DNA of 64,000 nucleotides. Origin: an uncultured Bacilli bacterium. Lineage in GTDB: Bacteria; Bacillota_I; Bacilli_A; RF39; UBA660. Location: positions 46,592 through 110,591 of the forward strand of contig CAKOSZ010000001.1 in the NCBI GenBank assembly GCA_934119955.1, read 5' to 3'. Both the position numbers and the translations under genes were made by a program. Within the stretch, counting starts at the first letter, position 1. Each line of letters opens with the position of its first letter. A model generated the notes under the pieces. It was not told where the DNA came from, did no database searches, and was given only the letters and a program-made list of their open reading frames with translations. Positions 30,363 to 40,320 of this stretch are shown one piece after another.

Positions 30363-31370
30363 ATGTTTACATGTAATAATATTAACTTATTAACTTTTAC
30401 TTATTATTTAAAGATTGTAATAGCCTCTTGTATGACTATTGTTCCTTTTATCTATTTAGAAATGATTTTTATTAGAATGATTAAATATAAGAAAAAGTTT
30501 GGTTTTATTAATAAATATTATAATAAATATTATATAAAAAAACAATTAAAAATATTTAGTCATTCTTTAATAATTTTTGTACTTGCATTTATATTACATA
30601 ATACTTTAAATAAAGAAACTAATGTTTGTTATAACTATGCTACTCCTAAGGTTTATAATAAATATAAAAGTGTTTATAAATCTTTAAAAAATAAAAATAT
30701 AAATGAAAATATTAAAAATAATTATTTAGAAAATACTATTATAATTGCTTTAAATGATAATAGTTCTAATAATAAAACTAATAATTTTAGTAACTTAGTT
30801 AATGTGGTTAAAGAAGAAGTTCAGGAAGAAGAAAAGAAAGATACTTTTAATTTAAATGAAACTGATTTAAATATGCAAAATAAAGTTTATGTTTCAAATG
30901 GAGTATTTTATTATCCAAAATATCAATATGGTAATTATAAAACTTATACAGGTATATCTTGTCCTAGTAATCCTTTAAATGAAGGTTTTAATAATCCTTA
31001 TGGATATAATAATTATTTTTATACAAGACTAACAAAGTTTGTTGAAGAAGCAAGTAAACTTGGTTATAAAATAACAATTAGTAGTCAAGGTTGTAGAAGT
31101 TATCAAACTCAGGTTCATTATTATAATACAATGACAAGAGGAAGAGCAGCACCTCCTGGTTATTCTTATCATGGTCTTGGTATTGCATCTGATTTAGAAT
31201 TTTATCATAGTGATGGTAGTGTTTGTGGTTATGGTAGAAATGATTATAATTGTCCTAGTATGGGTTGGGCTCATAATAATGCTAGTAATTTTGGTTTAAC
31301 ATTTCCTCTTTTAAATGCAAGTTACAGGGAAGATTGGCATATTGAACCTATAAATAAAAGTGGCTATTAA
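30363..31370 (+). CDS. M15 family metallopeptidase (VanY-like D-Ala-D-Ala carboxypeptidase), membrane-anchored
   Basis: SYHGLGIASDL (SxHxxGxAxD) and EDWHIE motifs of the LAS/M15 fold. N-terminal TM. Confidence 0.7.
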   Translation: MFTCNNINLLTFTYYLKIVIASCMTIVPFIYLEMIFIRMIKYKKKFGFINKYYNKYYIKKQLKIFSHSLIIFVLAFILHNTLNKETNVCYNYATPKVYNKYKSVYKSLKNKNINENIKNNYLENTIIIALNDNSSNNKTNNFSNLVNVVKEEVQEEEKKDTFNLNETDLNMQNKVYVSNGVFYYPKYQYGNYKTYTGISCPSNPLNEGFNNPYGYNNYFYTRLTKFVEEASKLGYKITISSQGCRSYQTQVHYYNTMTRGRAAPPGYSYHGLGIASDLEFYHSDGSVCGYGRNDYNCPSMGWAHNNASNFGLTFPLLNASYREDWHIEPINKSGY

Positions 31371-31377
31371 ACCACTT

Positions 31378-32208
31378 TTATTTATATATAATTTTTTTTA
31401 CTTTGTTTGGTATTTCATTTGTTATCGTAATTCCCTCATCTATTACTTTAAAATTAAAATAATCATCCTTAAATACTTCCCCATCTACTTCACATAAAAT
31501 TGGAACTAAACTTTTAATTTCTAAATTTGAAGTTCTGAAAGTATTAACTTTTTTATCTAGAAAATGGGTTCCTTTAAATATTTTTAAAAAGCAAATTATC
31601 TCTTCTAGTCTTGTCATATTATTTGCAATTATAACATTAAAAATTTCTTTATCTAAACAATAATTTGGATTAATTGGAACTCCATTTCCATAATACTTTC
31701 CAAGACAAATTGCAAGTATATTTATTAAATATCTATTGTTATCTAATAATACTTCTTCTTTTTCATATGTTAGTAAACTTTTTAATATATTTCTTTGATA
31801 TTTTAAAAATTGTATTTTATCTTTATTAACATCATCTACTATTTTAGCATCTACTCCAAGAGATGCTATATTTATAAACTTTTTCCCATTTACATCTCCA
31901 ATTGATACTTTTTTAGTTGAAACATCTTTTATTATTTTATAATAATCATTACCAGAACCCAATGGTACTACATGGAGTTTTGAATTTGATCCATATATTC
32001 CATTTACAACTTCATTTAAGGTGCCATCTCCTCCTACACTATAAACAATAGAATTAGGATATTTTTTAGTTATTTCTTGTAAAAAAGTAATTGCTTCTCC
32101 CTTATTTTTAGTAACATGAATTAAAGTATCATCTAAATTCATTAAACTTGGTATTAGTTCTACACCTTTTTTATTACCTGCTTTTGGATTAATTATAAAT
32201 ATATTCAT
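31378..32208 (-). CDS. Diacylglycerol kinase family lipid kinase (YegS/DagK-like)
   Basis: NPKAGNKKG and SVGGDGTLNEVVNG DAGK catalytic-domain motifs. Confidence 0.8.
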   Translation of the reverse strand: MNIFIINPKAGNKKGVELIPSLMNLDDTLIHVTKNKGEAITFLQEITKKYPNSIVYSVGGDGTLNEVVNGIYGSNSKLHVVPLGSGNDYYKIIKDVSTKKVSIGDVNGKKFINIASLGVDAKIVDDVNKDKIQFLKYQRNILKSLLTYEKEEVLLDNNRYLINILAICLGKYYGNGVPINPNYCLDKEIFNVIIANNMTRLEEIICFLKIFKGTHFLDKKVNTFRTSNLEIKSLVPILCEVDGEVFKDDYFNFKVIDEGITITNEIPNKVKKIIYK

Positions 32209-32245
32209 TTTGCACCTCTTTCATTTATTATATATAAAATTTAAT

Positions 32246-32290
32246 AAAATAAAAAGCCTCATAAACATAAGTTTACAAGGTTTATTATTT
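32246..32290. terminator. Bidirectional rho-independent terminator
   Basis: CCTCATAAAC-ATAA-GTTTACAAGG hairpin with flanking A-run and T-run. Confidence 0.5.
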
Positions 32291-32396
32291 TAAGATTAAC
32301 GTTCGTTCTTCATGAGAATTGGTTACAGTATTTAAGTGCCATATCCATAGTTTGCTTAAAATGACTACCATTAACTTTTAGATATTTTAGGATTTT

Positions 32397-33332
32397 TTAA
32401 TAAAATTTTGATATTTTTTTCAAAATACTTCTAGTAACTTTAATTGCTTCATAAGCTTGTGTATCAGTTACCTCATTACCCTTGTGAATAGCTTTATTTC
32501 TAATTTCTGTTACAACTTTTATATCAGCAAAAGATATATCAAAATTTAACAAACCTAATAACTTATATTTTGCATATAAAGTCTTATAATCTTCTGATAA
32601 ATTCTTAACATTCAATTTCTTTTGTATTTCTTCTATTTTGGAAGTTATTGCAATTTCACAGGCAGTTGATAAATCTAAAATGCATTTTCTATTATCATAT
32701 CTTTCATACGATTCAATTCCACTAACCAAAAAATCATACTCTATTGGAATTAGAATTTGTTTGCTAATTATATTTAGCATTTTTTCTAATTGTTTTTTTG
32801 TTATAGACTTATTATCATCATGTATATGCATAAATATTTCTTCTTCTTCGATATTAGGTATTCTTTTACCACTCAAATCATCATATAAATTTATTTCACA
32901 ACTTCTTTGCTCAGCAAAAGCATTTGGACATATATCTTCATTTATTATATAGCATAACTTATAAAGTGATTGTATTGTTTTATTAATACCGTCGTATATT
33001 AAATTAATTTTTTTCTCTTGCACAGGTTCTTCTAACTCTACCGACACAACTACTTTTTCAATCTCACTACTAACCTCAGGATAACTACGAGGCATACCAT
33101 AAAAAATTTCTTTATTTCCAACTTTATATTTTCTAGAAATTGGTGGTGATGATAGAGGGCAATGTAATTTATCTTTAATATCATCGTCTTGCCATTGTGA
33201 AGGAATATCAGGAAAATGCAGTTTCATATCCAATCCATTAATACTAAAATCAAATATTTTGCCTAAAACATTTTTTGCAAAATATCTATTAAAATTCACA
33301 TCTACGAATGAAATTATAATTTTATTTTTCAT
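32397..33332 (-). CDS. Hypothetical protein with C-terminal Rx4H (HEPN-like) motif
   Basis: 311 aa. C-terminal EIRNKAIHKGNEV supplies an Rx4H motif embedded in predicted helices. No other recognisable domain. Confidence 0.35.
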   Translation of the reverse strand: MKNKIIISFVDVNFNRYFAKNVLGKIFDFSINGLDMKLHFPDIPSQWQDDDIKDKLHCPLSSPPISRKYKVGNKEIFYGMPRSYPEVSSEIEKVVVSVELEEPVQEKKINLIYDGINKTIQSLYKLCYIINEDICPNAFAEQRSCEINLYDDLSGKRIPNIEEEEIFMHIHDDNKSITKKQLEKMLNIISKQILIPIEYDFLVSGIESYERYDNRKCILDLSTACEIAITSKIEEIQKKLNVKNLSEDYKTLYAKYKLLGLLNFDISFADIKVVTEIRNKAIHKGNEVTDTQAYEAIKVTRSILKKISKFY

Positions 33333-33503
33333 ATTTTATCTCCTAATCATTACTACAAAATCTCTTTTTTCTATTGGTACAATTGTTAACAATACAATTT
33401 TTTATTTTAAGTATATGTTTCGATATTACCAATTTCACCAAAGTTATATTTAATAAATATTTCAAATTCAGCAAGTTAATCAATTTTTTGTCAAAAACAC
33501 ATG

Positions 33504-33538
33504 AAAGAAAAACCCCATAAACATTGAGTTTATGAGGT
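33504..33538 (-). terminator. Terminator of the rplM-rpsI operon
   Basis: Minus strand: CCUCAUAAAC-UCAAUG-GUUUAUGGGG followed by a U-run. Confidence 0.6.
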
Positions 33539-33556
33539 AAATTTTTAAGTAAATTC

Positions 33557-33970
33557 CTAACGTTTACTAAATTGTGGAGCACGACGAGCCTTTTTAAGAC
33601 CGTATTTTTTACGTTCTTTAACTCTTGGATCACGAGTAATAAATCCAGCGGCTTTTAAAGATTTTCTTAAACTGTTTTCACTATCTTTACTAGTAGTTGC
33701 ATCATATTCAAGTAATGCTCTTGTAATTCCTAAGCGAATTGCACCTGATTGTCCTCTAAATCCTCCACCAAATGTAGTTACTTCAACATCAAATATTTCT
33801 TTTGTGTTAGTTAATACAAGTGGTTGTTCTAAATCCATTACTAAGGTTTCAAATGGAAAATATTCACGAACATCACGTCCATTTACTGTAATCTTACCAG
33901 TACCATTAACTAATTTAACTTTTGCTATACTACCTTTTCTTTTTCCAGTAGCTTCGTATTGTTTTGCCAT
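33557..33970 (-). CDS. rpsI: 30S ribosomal protein S9
   Basis: C-terminal ...[12 protein letters not shown] and GGG..GQ..A...G..RAL motifs. Confidence 0.95.
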   Translation of the reverse strand: MAKQYEATGKRKGSIAKVKLVNGTGKITVNGRDVREYFPFETLVMDLEQPLVLTNTKEIFDVEVTTFGGGFRGQSGAIRLGITRALLEYDATTSKDSENSLRKSLKAAGFITRDPRVKERKKYGLKKARRAPQFSKR

Positions 33971-33982
33971 CTTATTATCCTC

Positions 33983-34413
33983 CTATTTAATTTCTATTTG
34001 AGTAGGTTTTTGTGCCATATGAGGATGAGTTTCACCTTCATAAACAAATAACTTCTTACCCATAGCTCTTCCTAAACGATTGTGAGGTAGCATTCCTTTT
34101 ACTGCCCTTTCAATCATTTCAATTGGATAATTTTCACGCATTTCTTTTGCATTTCTTTCTCTTAATCCTCCTGGATACATAGAATGATTATAATACATCT
34201 TATCATTCAACTTATTTCCAGTTAAATTAACTTTCTTAGCATTGATAATAATAACGTAATCACCACAATCAACGTTTGGTGTATAAGTTACTTTATGCTT
34301 TCCTCTTAAAATATGAGCTGCTTTGGTAGCAACACGACCTAATGATTCATCCTTAGCATCAATTATATACCAAGAACGAACAACATCTTCTTTTCTTTGT
34401 ATAAAACTTTTCA
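33983..34413 (-). CDS. rplM: 50S ribosomal protein L13
   Basis: MKSFIQRKEDVVRSWYIIDAKDESLGR is the canonical L13 start. AGGAGA RBS before this ATG; the six-frame ORF extends 27 codons further without an RBS. Confidence 0.9.
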
Positions 34414-34529
34414 TATATTCTCCTATTCTTTTAGTTTTGTGTTCCCACCACAAAACTACCCGGGAATCAATGTACCGACATAGATTATACCACAAATACT
34501 ATCTAAATGTCAACTATTTTTCCCATTTT

Positions 34530-35168
34530 TTAACGTGTTTTTCTATATATTTTTGGATTTTGAGAGACAGATACTCCAACGTAGGTTTCTTTAACCCTAG
34601 CAACTTCCAATTTTCCATTAATATAATCATTAACTTCCCCCAACTTTTTTATCTTTTTACTATAATCTTTATCATGAATACTTCCATACATTCCAAGGCA
34701 AACTTTATTATATAAACTTAAATAATTAAAATTTGTAACCTCTCTTTGATCATATGGATTTGTCATATGGATATAATCATAAAACGGTATTGTTAATTTC
34801 GAAGACCTACCTTGCTTTATAGTTATTCCATTTAAATCAACATCAAAAGGATTAACATTTCCTTTATAAATAAATCTATTACCAACCACATCAAATGTTT
34901 TGGCATAAGGTGTAATTAAAATAGTTTTTTTATTATCAAAAGGTGTTGTAACTGTATCATATACACCTTTATTAAGTTCTATACCAATATTATCATCTTT
35001 AATACTAGTATGTTCTAATAAATTTTTATAAATTTCTATTCTGTTTCTTAATTCAATAAGATAGTGATAAAACTCTTCTTTATTTAAATTACTATCTAAG
35101 GAAAAATTTTGGTTATTAATTGCTGCTTGATATTGTTTTAATAATTTATTAATATATCTTTCTATCAT
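34530..35168 (-). CDS. Hypothetical protein (operon with the three upstream genes)
   Basis: 212 aa, no motif. Start 2 nt after the previous stop. Confidence 0.45.
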   Translation of the reverse strand: MIERYINKLLKQYQAAINNQNFSLDSNLNKEEFYHYLIELRNRIEIYKNLLEHTSIKDDNIGIELNKGVYDTVTTPFDNKKTILITPYAKTFDVVGNRFIYKGNVNPFDVDLNGITIKQGRSSKLTIPFYDYIHMTNPYDQREVTNFNYLSLYNKVCLGMYGSIHDKDYSKKIKKLGEVNDYINGKLEVARVKETYVGVSVSQNPKIYRKTR

Positions 35169-35169
35169 A

Positions 35170-36033
35170 CTATTTTTTCCTCAAAACTTTACATTCATTT
35201 TCCATTTCATATTCAGGATATTTTCTTTTAAACTCAATATATGAAATAACAAATGATAAATAATATGGATCTAAATTAGCAATTCTTGTAAAACGATCAC
35301 CTAAGGTATGTGTATCATCATATCCAAATTCTAAAAATCTAATATCCATTCCCCCAGATTCTCTTATATCAGTACAATTCTTTTTAAGATCATCTATATG
35401 AATAACATTTCTTACAACGTCTCTTCCTAATCTTTCTCTTAACTTATCTGCTTTATTATTACATTCATTAGAACCTATTGTTTTATGATATGGCATAGCA
35501 ATAATACCATCAATATTTGGAAATAAACGATAAAGTTCTTTAATTTTTTCAAATGATTCATGTTCCATATTATAATGAGTATTAAATATTACAAAAACAT
35601 TATCTGGTTTATTTTCCATTATATGTCTTATATAATCAACTGTTGTAATTCCAGTTTCAGCATTCTTAACAAAATTTTCATCTTTATAAACTCTTTTATA
35701 ATCAATTTTTGGATAAACTATTCTTTGTGGAACTCCATAACGCATATTTTCATCATCTTGAAAAGGAGTTTCTTCTAAAATTGCATTTAAAATAGCATAT
35801 GATTTTTTAGAATCTATTTTAAAATCTTCTGTTTCTTCATTAGCAATTAAAGAACGATATTTCTTAGTAGAACGAAAATCAATCTCCTCTAATATTTCTT
35901 GCATAATAGAAGTATTATAAACAACACCATCAACATCAATAGATAATATTGTATAGTCATCTCCTAAATCTCTTATTTTATCTCTTAATTCTCCAATTTT
36001 TTTTGAATTATAAGCCATTATTTCATCTTTCAT
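35170..36033 (-). CDS. Hypothetical protein with HAD-like DxDGV motif (possible nucleotidase/phosphatase)
   Basis: ILSIDVDGVVYNT resembles HAD motif I (DxDx[TV]). The remainder is unassignable. Confidence 0.35.
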   Translation of the reverse strand: MKDEIMAYNSKKIGELRDKIRDLGDDYTILSIDVDGVVYNTSIMQEILEEIDFRSTKKYRSLIANEETEDFKIDSKKSYAILNAILEETPFQDDENMRYGVPQRIVYPKIDYKRVYKDENFVKNAETGITTVDYIRHIMENKPDNVFVIFNTHYNMEHESFEKIKELYRLFPNIDGIIAMPYHKTIGSNECNNKADKLRERLGRDVVRNVIHIDDLKKNCTDIRESGGMDIRFLEFGYDDTHTLGDRFTRIANLDPYYLSFVISYIEFKRKYPEYEMENECKVLRKK

Positions 36034-36041
36034 AAATCCTC

Positions 36042-36776
36042 CTATTTAACTAATTTATAAGTTTTATCTAATAATCCATATGACTTAGCATAGTTATTTA
36101 TTTTATCAAATTCCAAAGTACTTAAAAATTCTTTTAACTCTGGATATTTTTCTTTTAATTTATTAAGTAAAAATTTATAAACATTTACATATTCAAGATA
36201 CATTCCTTCTTTGTTAAAATTACTACCATAAGTAATAAATCTACCACTTAAATCACATAATTTAATATCTGTACCTTTATATAATATATTTAATGTAGGT
36301 TCACACCCTCTTTGTGCTTTACTAAGATCTAAATGACTAATTTCATTATCTTCTAATTCTTTAACTGCCAATAATATATTTTCTAATATTTTTAAACTTG
36401 TTTCTAAATCTGTATCTATATAAGTTAAATCTTTATAATCTGTATGATTAAATAAATTAATACCACATACTCTATCATTTACTAAAACTACCCCTAAATC
36501 AAAATTTGTTAATTTAATACTAGGTTGCTTACTTTGTAAATATTCAATTTGTTCTCTTTCAACAAATGGTTTATTATTCCACATATAAACATTTTTAAAT
36601 ACTCTATCTGCTAAACCTAAACTATTAACTTTTAATAAACTATATAAATTCTTATCTAATTTAATTAAATCATTACCATGTAAAAAAACTGTACTTGAAA
36701 AACCATTATCACTAATTAATTTACTATTATCAATAACTGTTTTCATTTCACTACTAGTATAATTTAAATCTTTCAT
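36042..36776 (-). CDS. Protein-kinase-like fold protein (atypical kinase/phosphotransferase)
   Basis: ISHLDLSKAQRG (HxDLxxxN-like catalytic loop) followed by KLCDLSGRF (DFG-like) in a ~240 aa protein. Confidence 0.4.
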   Translation of the reverse strand: MKDLNYTSSEMKTVIDNSKLISDNGFSSTVFLHGNDLIKLDKNLYSLLKVNSLGLADRVFKNVYMWNNKPFVEREQIEYLQSKQPSIKLTNFDLGVVLVNDRVCGINLFNHTDYKDLTYIDTDLETSLKILENILLAVKELEDNEISHLDLSKAQRGCEPTLNILYKGTDIKLCDLSGRFITYGSNFNKEGMYLEYVNVYKFLLNKLKEKYPELKEFLSTLEFDKINNYAKSYGLLDKTYKLVK

Positions 36777-36871
36777 AAAACCCCCTTATTATCCCATTAA
36801 GTGTGTTTATTATATCATAAATTAAGGTTTTTGTCAAAAAAGCAAAAAAAAATTAGAAAATTCTAATTTTA

Positions 36872-37492
36872 TTAAATATTTAAATAATCATGAATTATCT
36901 TAATAACATTTTCTATTTTTTTATCAATTACATCAGTTGCTTCTACTCTTTTTAAATTCTTATGTTTACTCCAAGCATCATTGGTTCTTTTATCTAAATC
37001 AATTACTTCTTCAATATCATCTTCAAATCTTGCTGAATTAGTACTATTATTATATTTATTTTCATTATTAGTTGCAACTGTTACTAAATGAATAACCATA
37101 TCATATTCATCAATAATATCACTTTCTAATAAATTATTTTCTGCAAGTAATTTATCAAATAATTCTTGTCCAAGATAAGCCTTATTATCAATTACTCCTC
37201 TATCTGCTAAAATAATACAATTAGCATCATCTGGTAATTTTTTTATAATATCACGAAATCTTTTTTCCTTAAACATTTGTAAATTTAATATTTCATTTTG
37301 AAAATCAAATACACTCACTTTATTATCCCCAAAAGGTCTAATCCCCCAGTTAATAACTTCGGTTGCACATTCATTTAAAAGTAGAACATGATATCCTCTA
37401 CTTTCTAAATCTTCTTTTATCTTGGCAATTGTTGTTGTTTTACCAGCACAAGGTCCTCCTGTTAAAACAATTTTAGCTTTCAATACTCCCAT
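36872..37492 (-). CDS. AAA_28-type P-loop NTPase/kinase (NadR C-terminal domain-like ATPase)
   Basis: IVLTGGPCAGKTT Walker A immediately at the N-terminus, ADRG Walker-B-like. ~200 aa, typical of AAA_28 small kinases. Confidence 0.55.
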   Translation of the reverse strand: MGVLKAKIVLTGGPCAGKTTTIAKIKEDLESRGYHVLLLNECATEVINWGIRPFGDNKVSVFDFQNEILNLQMFKEKRFRDIIKKLPDDANCIILADRGVIDNKAYLGQELFDKLLAENNLLESDIIDEYDMVIHLVTVATNNENKYNNSTNSARFEDDIEEVIDLDKRTNDAWSKHKNLKRVEATDVIDKKIENVIKIIHDYLNI

Positions 37493-37587
37493 AAAATACT
37501 CCCATTTCTTTATTCATTATTATTATAATATGAATAAATAGTTTGTCAAGAAAAATTTAATTTTAATGATTTTTAAACTTAATTTTA

Positions 37588-38580
37588 TTATTTAATTTTA
37601 TTTATAGTATTAATAGCACTTGATATTAAATTACCTAGTTTTTCTATAACAAAATCTATTTCTTTGGTCGTAACTATTAAATTATAGCCAATAGGATTTA
37701 ATGTTTCAAAAATCAAATCTTTTAAAGTTGTTTCATCAAGTGTTCCTATTAAACCTAATAATTCTTTTTTTTCAAATTCATTTAAGTCTTTTTCTTCATT
37801 TAAATAATTTATATTACTACTAGGTATAAATTTATCTTTTTGATAATTATTTTTATGATAACTTATTTTTTTCATTAAAAACTTTAAAGTATCATTTACT
37901 ATTACAATACTAGATACAACTGTGGGAACTCCTATTGCAATTACTGGAATATTTATAGTATTTTTAGATATTTCCATTCTTTTATTATCTATTCCTGATC
38001 CTGGACTAATACCTGTATTAGTTATTTGAATAGTTTTTTGAATTCTTTCAACTCCAAGAGATGCAAGAGAATCTACTACAATTAAAAAATCAGGATTTGT
38101 TTCTTTTATAACTCCTAAAATAATATCTTTTGATTCAATACCCGTATTACCAAAAACATTAGGTTCTAAAATAGATACATTTCTATATTCCAACACTTCA
38201 TCTAATAAATATAAATGTCTTGTAACTACTATATTTTTTAAAACCTCATAACCAAGAGAATCTGGGGTTGATTTATTATTACCAAGTCCTATTATTAAAA
38301 CTTTATCACTTTTTTTAATTTTAGTTAGTTTTAAAATTCTTTTTAATTCTTTTATTAAAACTTTTAAAACGTTTTCATAATTAGTTTTATCTGTAATATC
38401 ATTAAAACTAATAGTTATATAATCACCTTTTTCTTTATTTAAAAAATTTTTTTCTTTAAGAGAAACATAACTTACTTCTATCCCATTTTCTTTATAATTA
38501 TCTTTTAAAAAATCATCACATTTATTTTCTATTATCAAATCAGATCTAATATTATATTTACTTAAATCTATTTCATGCAT
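37588..38580 (-). CDS. gpr: Germination protease (GPR endopeptidase, spore protease)
   Basis: MHEIDLSKYNIRSDLIIE start and IIGLGNNKSTPDSLGYEV motif match GPR. Divergent from rpsT as in Bacillus/Clostridium. The ORF extends 36 codons upstream of the conserved start. Confidence 0.8.
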   Translation of the reverse strand: MHEIDLSKYNIRSDLIIENKCDDFLKDNYKENGIEVSYVSLKEKNFLNKEKGDYITISFNDITDKTNYENVLKVLIKELKRILKLTKIKKSDKVLIIGLGNNKSTPDSLGYEVLKNIVVTRHLYLLDEVLEYRNVSILEPNVFGNTGIESKDIILGVIKETNPDFLIVVDSLASLGVERIQKTIQITNTGISPGSGIDNKRMEISKNTINIPVIAIGVPTVVSSIVIVNDTLKFLMKKISYHKNNYQKDKFIPSSNINYLNEEKDLNEFEKKELLGLIGTLDETTLKDLIFETLNPIGYNLIVTTKEIDFVIEKLGNLISSAINTINKIK

Positions 38581-38677
38581 ATTATCACCATTATTAGTAT
38601 GTATTATTTTAAAAAAAATATTGCTTTTTAAATAAATATTTGTTATTATAATAATGATTTTGAAAAGAGGTGAAAAA

Positions 38678-38941
38678 ATGCCAAACATTAAAAGTGCTAA
38701 AAAAAGAGTATTAACTAGTGAAAGAAAATGTCAAGAAAATGTTTTAGTAGATTCAAGAATGAAAAATTCTATTAAAAAATTAGAAAAAACTGTTAAAGAA
38801 GGAAATAAAGAAGAAAGTAAAGAATTATTAAAAACTACTTTCAAAAATATTGATAAAGCACAAGATATTAATATTGTTTCTAAAAATAAGGCTGCAAGAT
38901 TAAAATCTAGATTAAGTAAATCTATTAATAATATGGAATAA
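38678..38941 (+). CDS. rpsT: 30S ribosomal protein S20
   Basis: MPNIKSAKKRVLTSERK... canonical S20. GAGGTGA RBS. Confidence 0.95.
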   Translation: MPNIKSAKKRVLTSERKCQENVLVDSRMKNSIKKLEKTVKEGNKEESKELLKTTFKNIDKAQDINIVSKNKAARLKSRLSKSINNME

Positions 38942-38943
38942 AA

Positions 38944-38968
38944 TATACGTGTAAACGTATTTTTTTTG
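38944..38968 (+). terminator. rpsT terminator
   Basis: ATACG-TGTAAA-CGTAT hairpin followed by T8. Confidence 0.6.
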
Positions 38969-39044
38969 TAAACTTGAAAAAAATTTTAACAATTAAGATA
39001 TTTTTTGTATTTTTTTATTATTTTTATGATAAAATATAAATTGG

Positions 39045-39956
39045 GTGAGGCTTGTGAAGAAAGTATTATATTGGTTTGTATTTTTATTATTATTTTCTTT
39101 AACATTTTACTATCGAGAAGATATTTTAGTTTATTATAATAAATATTTATCTCCTGCTAAACAAGTACCCACTACTTTAATTAAAAATGAATATTATAGA
39201 AATTATAATTTTAAATTTGTTTCTAATACAGATAATTTTTTTCCTAGTAATAAACAGGATATTTTAAATATATATTATACTATTATTAATAGTGGCATGG
39301 ATGATTTTACTTTTTATTGTAAAGATGAATATGAAACTTGTCTTGAAGATGTAAAGAATATTGCTCATAATAAAACGATTTTATCAAGTATTAATGATTA
39401 TGTACATCCTTTCAATAGTTTTAGTCATATTGAAACATCATATGATAAACTTGGTAAAATAATGGTTAAAATTAGTCATAATTATGATGATGAGATGAAA
39501 GTGCTTTTGAATTATAAAGTTAATGAAGTAATAAAAGATAATATTACAAGTAGTATGGATGATACAGTTAAAATAAAAAAAATTCATGATTATATAATTA
39601 ATAATAGTGAGTATGATAGAAATAGAAGTGATAAGAATATTTTTGATTATAAATCTAATACTGCTTATGGAGTTTTACTTGAAGGATATGGTATTTGTAG
39701 TGGTTATACGGATAGTATGATGTTATTTTTAGAAAAAATGGATATAAAAAGTTTTAAAGTTTCAAGTGATAATCATGTTTGGAATAAAGTTTTATTAAAT
39801 AACAAATGGTATAATCTTGATTTAACTTGGGATGATCCAGTTAATAGTGATGGAAGTGATTTACTTTTACATGATTTCTTTTTAGTAAGTGATGAAGAAA
39901 TGTTAAAGATAGATAAAACTGAACATACATATGATAAAAGTGTCTATGAAGGTTAG
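39045..39956 (+). CDS. Transglutaminase-like cysteine peptidase domain protein, membrane-anchored
   Basis: GYGICSGYTDS (Cys), DNHVWNKV (His), DLTWDD (Asp) catalytic triad context. N-terminal TM. GTG start at 39045 or 39054 after GGGTGAGG. Confidence 0.7.
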   Translation: MRLVKKVLYWFVFLLLFSLTFYYREDILVYYNKYLSPAKQVPTTLIKNEYYRNYNFKFVSNTDNFFPSNKQDILNIYYTIINSGMDDFTFYCKDEYETCLEDVKNIAHNKTILSSINDYVHPFNSFSHIETSYDKLGKIMVKISHNYDDEMKVLLNYKVNEVIKDNITSSMDDTVKIKKIHDYIINNSEYDRNRSDKNIFDYKSNTAYGVLLEGYGICSGYTDSMMLFLEKMDIKSFKVSSDNHVWNKVLLNNKWYNLDLTWDDPVNSDGSDLLLHDFFLVSDEEMLKIDKTEHTYDKSVYEG

Positions 39957-39963
39957 ACACTTT

Positions 39964-40170
39964 TTATTTTAATGGATCGTACCCGCCTTTACTAAATGGA
40001 TTACATTTAAATATTCTCTTAACCCCAAGATATAAACCTTTCAAAGAACCATACTTAGTAATTGCTTCTATCATATAGTTAGAACATGTTGGATAAAATT
40101 TACAATTATAATGAAATTTACCAGGAATACGTTGATATAATTTAATTAATTTTATTAAAAATCTGCTCAT
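39964..40170 (-). CDS. yidD: Membrane protein insertion efficiency factor YidD
   Basis: YQRIPGKFHYNCKFYPTCSNYMIEAI...CNPFSKGGYDPL matches YidD. Confidence 0.85.
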   Translation of the reverse strand: MSRFLIKLIKLYQRIPGKFHYNCKFYPTCSNYMIEAITKYGSLKGLYLGVKRIFKCNPFSKGGYDPLK

Positions 40171-40246
40171 GATTTATATTTTAACTTATATTTTCAAAAA
40201 TAACAATTGCTAATTTAAATAATTTTTAGTATACTTATTAAGTAAT

Positions 40247-40320
40247 TGCCCTATGGCCAAGCGGTAAGGCAGTGGACTCTGACTCCATCATCGTTAGTTC
40301 GAATCTAACTAGGGCAACCA
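40247..40320 (+). tRNA. tRNA-Gln (anticodon CUG)
   Basis: TGCCCTA acceptor, D-arm GCC-AAGCGGTAA-GGC typical of tRNA-Gln, anticodon loop CT-CTG-AC, T-arm GTTAG-TTCGAAT-CTAAC, discriminator A plus CCA. Confidence 0.8.

Noticed and set aside
34414-34529. Possible ribosomal-protein L13 leader RNA upstream of rplM
   Set aside because: The ~115-nt untranslated region is long for this compact genome, but I cannot recognise the Bacillus-type L13 leader structure by eye. It is left unannotated pending a covariance-model search.
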